Source: Prevotella sp. (GTDB taxonomy: Bacteria; Bacteroidota; Bacteroidia; Bacteroidales; Bacteroidaceae). From it: a stretch of 64,000 bases of DNA. A program made the translations under genes and the position numbers. Below are positions 18,808-27,862 of the stretch, piece by piece (the stretch's first letter is position 1; every line of letters starts with the position of its first letter). The stretch lies in the NCBI GenBank assembly GCA_017623155.1, contig JAGAPR010000098.1, positions 6,601 through 70,600 of the forward strand. The letters are read 5' to 3'. The notes under the pieces were generated by a model. It saw only the letters and a list, made by a program, of their open reading frames with translations, made no database searches and was not told the origin of the DNA.

Positions 18808-19419
18808 ATGGAACAGACTCCAGCCACTACACCCAAGCCGACAATTTACATCAGCGGCGGGATCAGCGGCCGACCACCGCAAGAGTATAACGCGCACTTT
18901 GCCTCAGCGGCCACAAGGCTGAAGGCACAAGGCTACGAAGTGATTAACCCCCTTTACAACGGCCTCCCGGAGGACGCCTCCTGGCACCAGCACATGCGCG
19001 CCGACATAAGGCTGTTAACCTATTGCCACGAGATTTACATGCTCGCCGGCTGGGAGCGCAGCACCGGCGCCAGCGCCGAACACGCCCTGGCCATAGCTTT
19101 AGGCATGGCCGTACACTACGAGCAGCCGCCGAGACACCCGGAGCTCAAGCACGCGATCCAGACAGCCCTCGGCGTGACCTTCCGGGATATTTGCCGCCGG
19201 GGACGTAAGCGCGCGATAGTCTACGCCCGCTTCATTTACTGCCACTTCGCCGCCCTGGCCGGCGACACGGCTACGACCATAGCCCAGGAGCTCGGCCACA
19301 AACATAGTAACATCTGCTACTATCTTCGACAGTACGACCCCGAATTTAAGTATAACCGAGAATTTAGGAACGCGGCGCGCGCCGTCTCCGACCTTCTCAA
19401 AATAATTCAGACAGTATGA
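18808..19419 (+). CDS. DUF4406-like domain fused to DnaA-C-like HTH
   Basis: IYISGGISG..VINP..GWERSTGA..E; then RKRAIVYAR..IAQELGHKHSNI. Confidence 0.7.
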   Translation: MEQTPATTPKPTIYISGGISGRPPQEYNAHFASAATRLKAQGYEVINPLYNGLPEDASWHQHMRADIRLLTYCHEIYMLAGWERSTGASAEHALAIALGMAVHYEQPPRHPELKHAIQTALGVTFRDICRRGRKRAIVYARFIYCHFAALAGDTATTIAQELGHKHSNICYYLRQYDPEFKYNREFRNAARAVSDLLKIIQTV

Positions 19420-19583
19420 CAATTAACAACCTCGAAGGCTACCGTAAGAACATGGAGCCTGCCCGCCCCGACGACATTATCCAGATAACCACCGACCGCA
19501 AGACAGCCGAATGGATAGCCGCCGCCAGGGCTAAGGAAGCCGCCGATAAATTTATTAACATTATGCAAGACAACGACAAATGA
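19416..19583 (+). CDS. Hypothetical protein (55 aa), not in ORF track
   Basis: MTINNLEGYRKN...QDNDK; ATGA overlaps with both neighbours. Confidence 0.65.
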   Translation: MTINNLEGYRKNMEPARPDDIIQITTDRKTAEWIAAARAKEAADKFINIMQDNDK

Positions 19584-19924
19584 AGAAGAAATTAGCCAAC
19601 CTTCTACGCCGCTGGGCTTCAAAGTTAAGCCCCGACAACACCACCAGCGACCGAGTATTAACCGCCGCCATGACAAGCCGCACGACGGCTGACGTTAAGA
19701 TCTTCAGAGCCGCCCACCACTACACCCGCCGCGACCTTCAAGCGCTGGAACACGACCCCGACCTGGCGCCAGTGATGGAGATGGACGCCCGCCGCAAGCT
19801 ACTCCACGACATAGCCCTGGCCATGTACCAGGCCGGCGCTATAACCTTCCACACGGAGCCGGAAGGCTGCCCCGATAGCCACGACGTTTTAATAGCCACC
19901 TGCCGCGCCGTCGTCAAGAAATGA
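19580..19924 (+). CDS. Hypothetical protein
   Basis: Overlap-coupled ORF. Confidence 0.65.
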   Translation: MKKKLANLLRRWASKLSPDNTTSDRVLTAAMTSRTTADVKIFRAAHHYTRRDLQALEHDPDLAPVMEMDARRKLLHDIALAMYQAGAITFHTEPEGCPDSHDVLIATCRAVVKK

Positions 19925-20217
19925 AGCGCTGCCCCTACGACCACCGCCAGAAGATGGCCTATTTAACGGCCGCCGCCAAGTGTAAAAAAAGCGACCGCGG
20001 CCGCGTCCACCTACACGAGCTGGAGGAAGCGCTGTCCAAGTGCAAAGACGCGATATTTAGCTGGATGCAATGGAGCGACGCTAAAAACTTCTTCCACGGC
20101 GGCAACGATACCGAAGGCGTCTACTACTACCTCCGGCCAGAGTACGAAGCGGCGCCCCTGGCCAAAGTCTACCGAGATATCCACAAATTTTTTAACCCCA
20201 ACTACGATGGAGAATAA
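19921..20217 (+). CDS. Hypothetical protein
   Basis: Overlap-coupled ORF. Confidence 0.65.
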   Translation: MKRCPYDHRQKMAYLTAAAKCKKSDRGRVHLHELEEALSKCKDAIFSWMQWSDAKNFFHGGNDTEGVYYYLRPEYEAAPLAKVYRDIHKFFNPNYDGE

Positions 20218-20605
20218 CAACACCCCCCAGGCCAACGAGGCCACCAGCGAAAAGAAAGCCAGCACCGATGCCGAGCGCTACCCCTTAATCGAAAGCCCGA
20301 TTTACCGGCGCTGTCTCGAAGACGTAATTACACACGTCAAAATGAGAATAGCCAGCCTCGGCGGCGTCAACAGCTTAAAGAGCTCGCCAATCACGCAGCT
20401 GGAGAAGGCCGGCAACCTTAACGCCGACTTCATGCTGCGCCACTTCGCCGGCATTTTCGACCATAACAGCCCGCTGAGCTCCGGCCAGCGTCGAGCCGTC
20501 AAGGCGATATTAACCGACGCCGCCGGCAAGATGGCTATGCTCGCCGAATCAGTGCACGCCGAATCCGTAAAAGAGGACATAAAGCGCCAAGTCAAAAACG
20601 CCTAA
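20207..20605 (+). CDS. Hypothetical protein
   Basis: Overlap-coupled ORF. Confidence 0.65.
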   Translation: MENNNTPQANEATSEKKASTDAERYPLIESPIYRRCLEDVITHVKMRIASLGGVNSLKSSPITQLEKAGNLNADFMLRHFAGIFDHNSPLSSGQRRAVKAILTDAAGKMAMLAESVHAESVKEDIKRQVKNA

Positions 20606-20616
20606 AAATAGCAAGA

Positions 20617-20901
20617 ATGAAGCCTATAAAATTCCCAGAGCATAACGCCACCTTCGGCGAAGGCCAACCCCAATATGAGCCGCTGCCGGTGCTTCTTTTC
20701 ACGGACGGCCAGGTTATATCCTGCTGGCAGCTTAGCGACGAAGAAAAAGCCCGCGTAGCAGAGACCGGCCAGATCTGGCTCAGCCAGCTAACATTTAACC
20801 GCCCGCTTCAACCGGTATTTATGACCGTCGACAAGGCCGAGCTGATTATAAAAGCGCCGGCCGGCGACCAGCCCCAGGAGGGAGCGCCCGATGGCCGATA
20901 A
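20617..20901 (+). CDS. Hypothetical phage protein
   Basis: MKPIKFPEHN..QPQYEPLP..SCWQLS..PLQP. Confidence 0.7.
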   Translation: MKPIKFPEHNATFGEGQPQYEPLPVLLFTDGQVISCWQLSDEEKARVAETGQIWLSQLTFNRPLQPVFMTVDKAELIIKAPAGDQPQEGAPDGR

Positions 20902-21343
20902 ATTAACCTTCGAGGAACTCCTGGCCAGAGCCAACGCCAGCCCCAAGCGCCGGCCACCGGCGCACCCGGAGGAAGACCTCCAGAAGGCCTGCTGCCAGTG
21001 GTACGACCTACAATGGGGCGAGCGCCGGATTAACGGCGTAAAGATAGGCCGCCTCCTGCACCATAGCCCCAACGGAGGCAAGCGCTCGAAGAAGGAGGCC
21101 GCCCGCTTCAAGGCGATGGGCACCCGCGCCGGCTTCCCGGACTTCTGGCTCGGCATACCGGTAAACGGCTGCCCCTACCTTTGCGTCGAGCTAAAGACGC
21201 TTAACAAGGGCTCCGGCCAGAGCGAGAACCAACGAGACTACGAGCGACTCGTTACAGCAATGGGCGCCCGCTACGTCGTCGTCAGAACCCTCCAGGAGTT
21301 TATTAACGCCGTCAACGACTACCTGGCGCCGCTTCGATTATAG
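20891..21343 (+). CDS. VRR-NUC (PD-(D/E)xK) nuclease / resolvase
   Basis: E..LQ, HHSPNGG, GFPD, ELK, QSENQ. Confidence 0.85.
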   Translation: MADKLTFEELLARANASPKRRPPAHPEEDLQKACCQWYDLQWGERRINGVKIGRLLHHSPNGGKRSKKEAARFKAMGTRAGFPDFWLGIPVNGCPYLCVELKTLNKGSGQSENQRDYERLVTAMGARYVVVRTLQEFINAVNDYLAPLRL

Positions 21344-21354
21344 CCCAAGACAAA

Positions 21355-21415
21355 AAATTACTCATAACTTTAGCGTAGAAACGTACTATCATAGTACATT
21401 TTTACGCTAATTTTG
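21355..21415 (+). promoter_or_regulatory. Late promoter 1 with palindromic operator
   Basis: AAATTACTCATAACTT box; GTACTATCATAGTAC (21383-21397); TAATTTTG -7 box (21408-21415). Confidence 0.65.
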
Positions 21416-21465
21416 CGCTGGCGGCATACGTCGCCCAAGAGATAAACAATTTAACACCCTTCGAC

Positions 21466-21759
21466 ATGAAGATAGCCACCGACAAAAAATTACACTTCCT
21501 GGCGTGCCTGGTAATTGCTTTTATAGCTTCAGCCCTGGCCGCTAATATTCTTTACCCCTTATGGCCGGCAGGCCGAGGATGGCCACACGTAGCAGCCGCC
21601 TACGCCTTCGGCGTCATAGCCGCCCTGGCCATAGGCATAGCCAAAGAAGCCCGCGACCGCAAGCAGGCCGGCAACCACTTCTGCTGGCTCGACCTTATAG
21701 CCGACTTTTGCGGCGCCCTTCTGGGAGCCTTCGCCGGCTTCTTCGCCCTGCTTCTTTAA
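21466..21759 (+). CDS. Small membrane protein (VanZ/YfiM-like)
   Basis: DKKLH..KE..D..DLIAD pattern with three hydrophobic helices. Confidence 0.55.
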   Translation: MKIATDKKLHFLACLVIAFIASALAANILYPLWPAGRGWPHVAAAYAFGVIAALAIGIAKEARDRKQAGNHFCWLDLIADFCGALLGAFAGFFALLL

Positions 21760-21807
21760 GCCCGACCACCGTACACCCATATAGCTGATGCCTTCCAAGT
21801 GAAGACC

Positions 21808-21839
21808 GGGAGCGGGCACTGCACCCGCTCCCAATTTTT
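21808..21839 (+). terminator. Hairpin, possible terminator
   Basis: GGGAGCGGG/CCCGCTCCC followed by AATTTTT. Confidence 0.45.
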
Positions 21840-21853
21840 AACCAGATACCGCA

Positions 21854-22615
21854 ATGGTAAAGAAGAAGACCCAGGACACCGACGACCTCGCCGACTTAAA
21901 AGTAGACTTCGGAGACATAGCGATCCCCGAAGTTAATTTAGCGGCTTTAGGCTTCGACACCGACGAGGCCGGAGACCCCACGCCCGCGATGGAAACCCGC
22001 TATATAGCGCCGAAGCCACCGGTAAAGGGCATGCCGGTATTATACGACCGAGCCAAAGACCTCGCCCGCGACCTTCGAGTAGGCAACGGCGAGCGCTTTA
22101 ACGTCATAGTATCCGGTAACTTTGTTTTCGGCGACTTCCTACACGCCTACCTCACGCAACACCATATCCGCGCCGAGCGCATGACAATAACCACGCTGAG
22201 CCTCAGCGCCCGCAATATTGACAGCTTAAAGCGCCTTATGGAGCTGGGCTATATAGGCACCCTCGACATGGTATTAAGTATTTATTTTTACGGCCACGAG
22301 CGCTGGCAGCTTATACCGCACCTCTACAAGAGCCTGGACAAAGATAACCGCTTCCAGTTAGCCATCGCCGGGATCCATACTAAAATAATTTTCTTCGAGA
22401 CCAACGAGGGGCAAAAGATAGTTATCCACGGCTCGGCCAACCTTCGCTCCTCCGTCAACGTCGAGCAATTCACGATCGAAGAAAACCCCGAGCTCTACGA
22501 CTTCTACGGCGAATGCTTCAGCAAGGTAATGGAGCGATACGCGACAATAAAAAAGCCCCTTCTGGCCAACGACCTCTGGAAGGTAATGACGACAAAGCGA
22601 TTTTATAACCCTTAA
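21854..22615 (+). CDS. Phospholipase D (HKD)-superfamily protein, probable nuclease
   Basis: IHTKIIFFE..IVIHGSANL..NVEQ. Confidence 0.75.
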   Translation: MVKKKTQDTDDLADLKVDFGDIAIPEVNLAALGFDTDEAGDPTPAMETRYIAPKPPVKGMPVLYDRAKDLARDLRVGNGERFNVIVSGNFVFGDFLHAYLTQHHIRAERMTITTLSLSARNIDSLKRLMELGYIGTLDMVLSIYFYGHERWQLIPHLYKSLDKDNRFQLAIAGIHTKIIFFETNEGQKIVIHGSANLRSSVNVEQFTIEENPELYDFYGECFSKVMERYATIKKPLLANDLWKVMTTKRFYNP

Positions 22616-22628
22616 ACCCCCAACAACT

Positions 22629-22733
22629 ATGCCCGACTACAACCCCTTCGAGGCTCCAGCCGGAACCGGCGACAGCACCTCCGGAAACGAGAACGACAAC
22701 ACGACGATCCCAGAAGAAGACCTCCCATTTTAA
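22629..22733 (+). CDS. 34-aa acidic peptide ending EEDLPF, not in ORF track
   Basis: MPDYNPFEAPAGTGDSTSGNENDNTTIPEEDLPF*; A/C-rich leader like other phage genes; 13 bp after PLD stop. Confidence 0.55.
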   Translation: MPDYNPFEAPAGTGDSTSGNENDNTTIPEEDLPF

Positions 22734-22793
22734 CACCCAGGCGGCGCCGACGTAACCAGCGCCAGGCGTCGCCGATAATAAACCAACCGAGCA

Positions 22794-24179
22794 ATGGAAC
22801 CGAACCCAAGCGAAAAGAAGGCGCCGGCAATAGTGCAGAGCCAGGAGATCCCGCTGTCGGAGATAACCCCCAACAAGGGACAGATCCCCGGCGTACCCAA
22901 GAACCCGCGCGTAATAAGAGACCAAAAATTTAGGCTTCTTAAAAAGTCGATAGAAGAAGACCCGGAGATGTTAGGCCTCCGCGAAATACTTCTATACCCA
23001 TACCAGGGCAAGAACATAATCATCGGCGGAAATATGCGCTACCAGGCGCTTAAAGACCTGGGCTATACTACGGCGATCGTCAAATTTTTGCCCGCCGACT
23101 TCACGGCCGAGAAGCTCCGCGCCATCGTCATAAAGGATAACAGCGGCTTCGGCGAGTGGAACTGGGACGACTTAGCAAACGAATGGGAGGTCGCCCAGCT
23201 CGTAGACTGGGGCGTAGACGTCCCGGAGCTTAACAACGTCAAGACAGACGACGAGGCCGAAGAAGACGACTACAACCCCAGCGACGACCTGGAAGCGCCG
23301 GCCAAGACCCGCGAAGGGGATATTTACGCCCTGGGGCGCCACCGCCTTATCTGCGGCGACAGCACGGATCCGCAAATAATTGACATCCTATGCGGCTCGA
23401 CAGTCGTAGACCTATACCTCACCGACCCGCCCTATAACGTCGATTATGCCAGCAAGAACAAAGCCCTAAACGCCGCCGAGAAGGGCAACCGCATACAGAA
23501 GGAAATCGCCAACGACCGAATGGCCGACGGCCAATTTAGGGAGTTTTTGAACAAAGCCCTAAACGCCGCCGACCGCCACCTCAAGCCCGGAGGCGTTTTT
23601 TACATCTGGCACGCCGGTACCGAGGGCTTCAACTTCATAAGCGCAGTAAGGGACGCCGGCTGGGAGTTTAAGCAGGTATTAATCTGGAACAAAAATAACA
23701 TGGTATTAGGCCGCCAGGACTACCAATGGAAGCACGAACCCTGCCTCTACGGATGGAAGCCAGGCGCCGGCCACTACTTCATCGACAGCCGGAGCCAGCT
23801 AACAGTATATACCAACGAGGCCGGCGAATTTGATCCGGAGAAGATGACGAAGGCCGAGCTCGTAGACCTGGTTAAAAAAATAGGCAACCTTCCCACCGAC
23901 CTAATTAACGAGGATAAGCCCCTCCGGAGCGCCGACCACCCGACCATGAAGCCACTAAAGCTGATGGGGCGCTGCGTCAAGAATAGCACCCGCCCCGGCG
24001 AAGTCGTATTAGACAGCTTCGGCGGCAGCGGCTCCACGCTTATGGCATGCGAGCAGTTAGGCCGCGTCTGCTTTACAGTCGAGCTCGATCCCCACTACGT
24101 AGACGTCATTATTAAGCGCTGGGAGGAATACACCCAGGAAGAAGCCCAGTATTTAGGCAATATCAACGACAACAAATAA
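22794..24179 (+). CDS. ParB-like domain + N6/N4 DNA methyltransferase
   Basis: NPR..IGGNMR; TDPPY; HPTMKP; DSFGGSGST. Confidence 0.9.
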   Translation: MEPNPSEKKAPAIVQSQEIPLSEITPNKGQIPGVPKNPRVIRDQKFRLLKKSIEEDPEMLGLREILLYPYQGKNIIIGGNMRYQALKDLGYTTAIVKFLPADFTAEKLRAIVIKDNSGFGEWNWDDLANEWEVAQLVDWGVDVPELNNVKTDDEAEEDDYNPSDDLEAPAKTREGDIYALGRHRLICGDSTDPQIIDILCGSTVVDLYLTDPPYNVDYASKNKALNAAEKGNRIQKEIANDRMADGQFREFLNKALNAADRHLKPGGVFYIWHAGTEGFNFISAVRDAGWEFKQVLIWNKNNMVLGRQDYQWKHEPCLYGWKPGAGHYFIDSRSQLTVYTNEAGEFDPEKMTKAELVDLVKKIGNLPTDLINEDKPLRSADHPTMKPLKLMGRCVKNSTRPGEVVLDSFGGSGSTLMACEQLGRVCFTVELDPHYVDVIIKRWEEYTQEEAQYLGNINDNK

Positions 24180-24212
24180 CAGCGATAAAAAACCGGCAAA
24201 ACACCGATAGCG

Positions 24213-24662
24213 ATGGCAAACCCGAACCCCAACACGAGCGGGCTAAAAAAGCCCTGGGAGCCTGGCCAGAGCGGCAACCCCAAAGGGAGACCCCGCGACC
24301 CGGCTAAGGAGATGCTGGAGGCCGCCCTGGGCAAGAAGGGCGCCCGGAAGTTTGCGCGCCTAACCAAAGCCAACAAAGACGACATAGACAGCATCCTCGA
24401 AAGCGCTACGACAGATTTTTTAATGTTTGTCGCCAAATGGGACGGCGCCACGACCTACGCCAAAGGCCGCGCCCTGGCGCTTCTTAACGACATGAAGAAG
24501 GGACAGACCACCCAGCTCGACAAGATAAGCGCCCGCCTTCACGGCCAGCCCGCCCAGAAGGTAGAACTCACCGGCAAGGACGGCGCAGACCTTATACCCG
24601 CAAGGATCCTAACAAAAGACGAAATAGGCGACCTTCTTAGCCAGCTCGAAAAGGACTACTAA
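24213..24662 (+). CDS. Terminase small subunit (probable)
   Basis: WEPGQSGNPKGRP; ELTGKDG; immediately upstream of large subunit. Confidence 0.7.
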   Translation: MANPNPNTSGLKKPWEPGQSGNPKGRPRDPAKEMLEAALGKKGARKFARLTKANKDDIDSILESATTDFLMFVAKWDGATTYAKGRALALLNDMKKGQTTQLDKISARLHGQPAQKVELTGKDGADLIPARILTKDEIGDLLSQLEKDY

Positions 24663-24665
24663 CAG

Positions 24666-26135
24666 ATGACGACCAACGTAATAAGGGACATAGACGTAAT
24701 TAAGACCTGGACGTTAAGCTCGACGCTCAATTTTACGCGCTTCTTCTTTAAGCAGCTATATAAGCGTAAATTTGTCGTCGGTCGCCATCATATACGCATA
24801 GCCCAGGCGCTCGACCGCGTTTTTAGGGGCGAAGTTACCAGGCTTATAATTAACATCGCGCCCCGCTTCGGCAAGACAGAGCTGGCCGTTAAGAACTTCA
24901 TAGCTATGGGGCTCGGCATTAACCCGGCGGCCAAGTTTATCCACCTCAGCTATAGCGACGGCCTGGCGCGAGACAATAGCGCCGGCGTGCAGGCCATTAT
25001 CCGCGACCCCGAATTTACCCGGCTTTTCCCCGGCACCATACCGACCAGCCGCAACACCCAGAAATGGAGCACTACGGCCGGCGGCGGCCTTTATGCCGTA
25101 TCTTCGGCCGGCCAGGTTACTGGCTTCGGCGCCGGCCTGGTAGACCTGGAGGAAGAAGACCAGGACGACGAGCTAATAAAGGCCGTCGAGGAACTGGCCG
25201 CCGTCAACCCCGGCACCTTCGGCGGGGCTATTGTCATAGACGACCCGATTAAGCCGGACGACGCCCGCTCCGAGCTGATACGCACGAAGGTAAACCAAAA
25301 ATTTGAGACCACCATCCGAAACCGCGTAAACAGCCGCAACACCCCGATTATAATAATCATGCAGCGGCTCGACATGGACGACCTCTGCGGCTACCTTCAG
25401 CGAGTAGAGCCGGAGGCCTGGGAGGTGCTGAGCCTGCCAGTATTAGAGCAGGACGAGAACGGCAAGGACGTAGCCCTCTGGCCGTTTAAGATGGATCTGG
25501 CCGAGATATACAAGACCCGCGAGTTAACGCCCTGGATATTTGAAACCCAGTACATGCAGAACCCCCAGCCGTTAACCGGCCTCATGTACGAGCGAGAATT
25601 TAAGACCTACGACGTTATCCCGGTAACACGCAAGCACACGGTAAAAGCCTACGTAGATACGGCCGACACCGGCGCTGACTTCCTTTGCTCTATAGTCTAC
25701 GTCGAGACGGAAATCGGCAACTTTGTAACCGACGTAATCTATACCGACGCGCCGATGGAAGTAACCGAGAGCGAGACCGCCCGCCAGTTTACCCGCTGCC
25801 AGGTACAGAAGGCCGTTATCGAGAGCAACAACGGCGGCCGCGGCTTCGGCCGCACCGTCGAAAGCCAATGCAGGATCCTGGGCAACAAGTTAACGGCCTT
25901 TACCTTCTTCCACCAGACCAATAACAAGGACGTAAGAATCTTTAGCCACTCCAACGAAGTACAAAATTTAACCTACTTCCCGACCGGCTGGGAGCACCGC
26001 TGGCCGCACTTCTGGAGCGCTATAGTACACTACAAGAAGGACGGAGGCAACGCCCACGACGATGCCCCGGACGCATTAACCGGCACCGTCGAGAAGCGAG
26101 CCGACACCCCCCAGAACTTAACCCGATTTTTTTAA
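24666..26135 (+). CDS. Terminase large subunit
   Basis: APRFGKT Walker A, IVIDDP, YMQNP, DTA, HDDAPDAL. Confidence 0.93.
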   Translation: MTTNVIRDIDVIKTWTLSSTLNFTRFFFKQLYKRKFVVGRHHIRIAQALDRVFRGEVTRLIINIAPRFGKTELAVKNFIAMGLGINPAAKFIHLSYSDGLARDNSAGVQAIIRDPEFTRLFPGTIPTSRNTQKWSTTAGGGLYAVSSAGQVTGFGAGLVDLEEEDQDDELIKAVEELAAVNPGTFGGAIVIDDPIKPDDARSELIRTKVNQKFETTIRNRVNSRNTPIIIIMQRLDMDDLCGYLQRVEPEAWEVLSLPVLEQDENGKDVALWPFKMDLAEIYKTRELTPWIFETQYMQNPQPLTGLMYEREFKTYDVIPVTRKHTVKAYVDTADTGADFLCSIVYVETEIGNFVTDVIYTDAPMEVTESETARQFTRCQVQKAVIESNNGGRGFGRTVESQCRILGNKLTAFTFFHQTNNKDVRIFSHSNEVQNLTYFPTGWEHRWPHFWSAIVHYKKDGGNAHDDAPDALTGTVEKRADTPQNLTRFF

Positions 26136-26155
26136 CCCTCTAAACCCATACAACA

Positions 26156-27670
26156 ATGCCCCCCGAGTTATTAGAACTTCTGCAAGCCGGAGACTTCGGC
26201 GCCGTAGTAAACGAACTCCGCAACGGCCGCCTGGAGCCTTCGCCCGCGGCCTCCACCAACGTCGCACAGTACGACCCCAAGCTACACGACATTAACGACC
26301 GGATCAAGCGACCCGACAAAATGGTAGTAGTAGACAAGAACTCCACCGAATACGGCGAAGTAAAGAACGTTAACCCCAACGTCGAGCTGACCACCGACCA
26401 GGGATTTAGGCTGGAGCCAGTAGCCCGCATCGCCCTGGCAATTCAGAAGCTGATCGTAAAGCGCGCCGTAGCCTTTACCTTCGGCCACCCGGTAACGTAC
26501 ACCAGCGACGCCGAGACCGACGCCGAGAAGGAGACCCTCAACCGGCTAAAGCGAGTATTAGCCGACGTCAAGGAGCGCACACTGAACCGCCGCGTAGCCC
26601 GGAGCCTTTACAGCGCCCAGGAAGTAGCCGAATGCTGGTACCCGGTAGAACAGCCGAAGCCCCACAACCGTTATGGCTTCCCGACTAAATACAAATTCAG
26701 AGTAGCTCTCTTTTCGCCGGCTTTAGGAGATAGGCTCTGGCCATACTTCGACGACAACCGCGACCTCATAGCCTTCAGCCGCGAATTTACCAAGAAGGAC
26801 GGCGACCTGCAAACTCGCACCTACTTCGAGACATACACGGCCGACGCCCACTATTTATGGACGTGCCAGGGCAACAAGAGCGCCGGCCAGGCCAACAACA
26901 ACTGGGAGATGGTAGAAGGCTACCCGAAGCAGAACCCTATCGGCAAAATCCCCATCGTCTACGCCAGTCAGCCCCAGGTAGAATGGGCAGACGTCCAGAA
27001 CCTAATCGACCGTCTGGAGAAGCTGCTGAGTAACTTTGCTGATACCAACGACTACCATGCCAGCCCTAAAATTTTCGTCCAGGGCACCGTTAAAGGCTTC
27101 GCCCGGAAGGGAGAGGCCGGCGCCATCATCGAGGGCGAAGACGGAGCGACCGCCAGTTATTTAAGCTGGGCGAGCGCCCCGGAGAGCGTAAAGCTGGAGA
27201 TAGACACCCTCCTGCGGTTGATTTATACCATCACGCAAACACCGGATATCAGCTTCGACACGGTTAAAGGCATAGGCGCCGTTAGCGGCGTAGCCCTTCG
27301 CCTTCTGTTCATGGACGCTCATTTGAAAGTCCAGGATAAATGCGAAATATTTGATGAATACCTCCAGCGCCGCTGCAGCATTATAGCCGCCTTCTTAGCC
27401 CTGGCCGACGTCAAGAACGCCGCAGCGGCCGAGGCCGTCATCGTACAGCCGCAAATAACGCCCTACATTATCGAAGACGAGTTAAGCAAGATAAACATCC
27501 TCCAGGCGGCCAACGGCGGCAAGCAGATAGCCAGCCAGGCCAGCACCGTAAGACGCCTGGGCTGGGCAGACGACCCGGACGCCGAGCTCGCCGAGATCCA
27601 GGCCGAGGAAGACCGCGCCAACAGCTACACCGAAGGCGAACCCACCTACGAAGGCGAGCCGCCGCTGTAA
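26156..27670 (+). CDS. Portal protein (SPP1-like)
   Basis: Position; IGKIPIVY, SGVALRL. Confidence 0.88.
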   Translation: MPPELLELLQAGDFGAVVNELRNGRLEPSPAASTNVAQYDPKLHDINDRIKRPDKMVVVDKNSTEYGEVKNVNPNVELTTDQGFRLEPVARIALAIQKLIVKRAVAFTFGHPVTYTSDAETDAEKETLNRLKRVLADVKERTLNRRVARSLYSAQEVAECWYPVEQPKPHNRYGFPTKYKFRVALFSPALGDRLWPYFDDNRDLIAFSREFTKKDGDLQTRTYFETYTADAHYLWTCQGNKSAGQANNNWEMVEGYPKQNPIGKIPIVYASQPQVEWADVQNLIDRLEKLLSNFADTNDYHASPKIFVQGTVKGFARKGEAGAIIEGEDGATASYLSWASAPESVKLEIDTLLRLIYTITQTPDISFDTVKGIGAVSGVALRLLFMDAHLKVQDKCEIFDEYLQRRCSIIAAFLALADVKNAAAAEAVIVQPQITPYIIEDELSKINILQAANGGKQIASQASTVRRLGWADDPDAELAEIQAEEDRANSYTEGEPTYEGEPPL

Positions 27671-27680
27671 GTCAAAATAA

Positions 27681-27714
27681 GCAGGTTTAACCGGGCTTAA
27701 CCGGTTAAATCTGC
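27681..27714 (+). terminator. Hairpin after portal
   Basis: GCAGGTTTAACCGG/CCGGTTAAATCTGC. Confidence 0.5.
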
Positions 27715-27862
27715 CTAAACAGCTCAGCCCCTGCTGATTATAAAAGTAAATTAAGCGATTTTAAGCCGTTTTAAGCGCTCTTTTTCTTCGGCTGGATAAA
27801 GTACCCACCGAGAGCCGCAAACGCCGCCATACGCAAAATTAGCTCAAAATAACTATAACAAT

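Noticed and set aside
21781-21835. Hammerhead-like CTGATG..GAA
   Set aside because: Lacks the CTGANGA/GAAA core and stem II; only a simple hairpin is supported
22794-24179. Restriction-modification system
   Set aside because: No cognate restriction enzyme recognised; ParB-MTase fusions before terminase are usually orphan, though pairing with the PLD gene is not excluded
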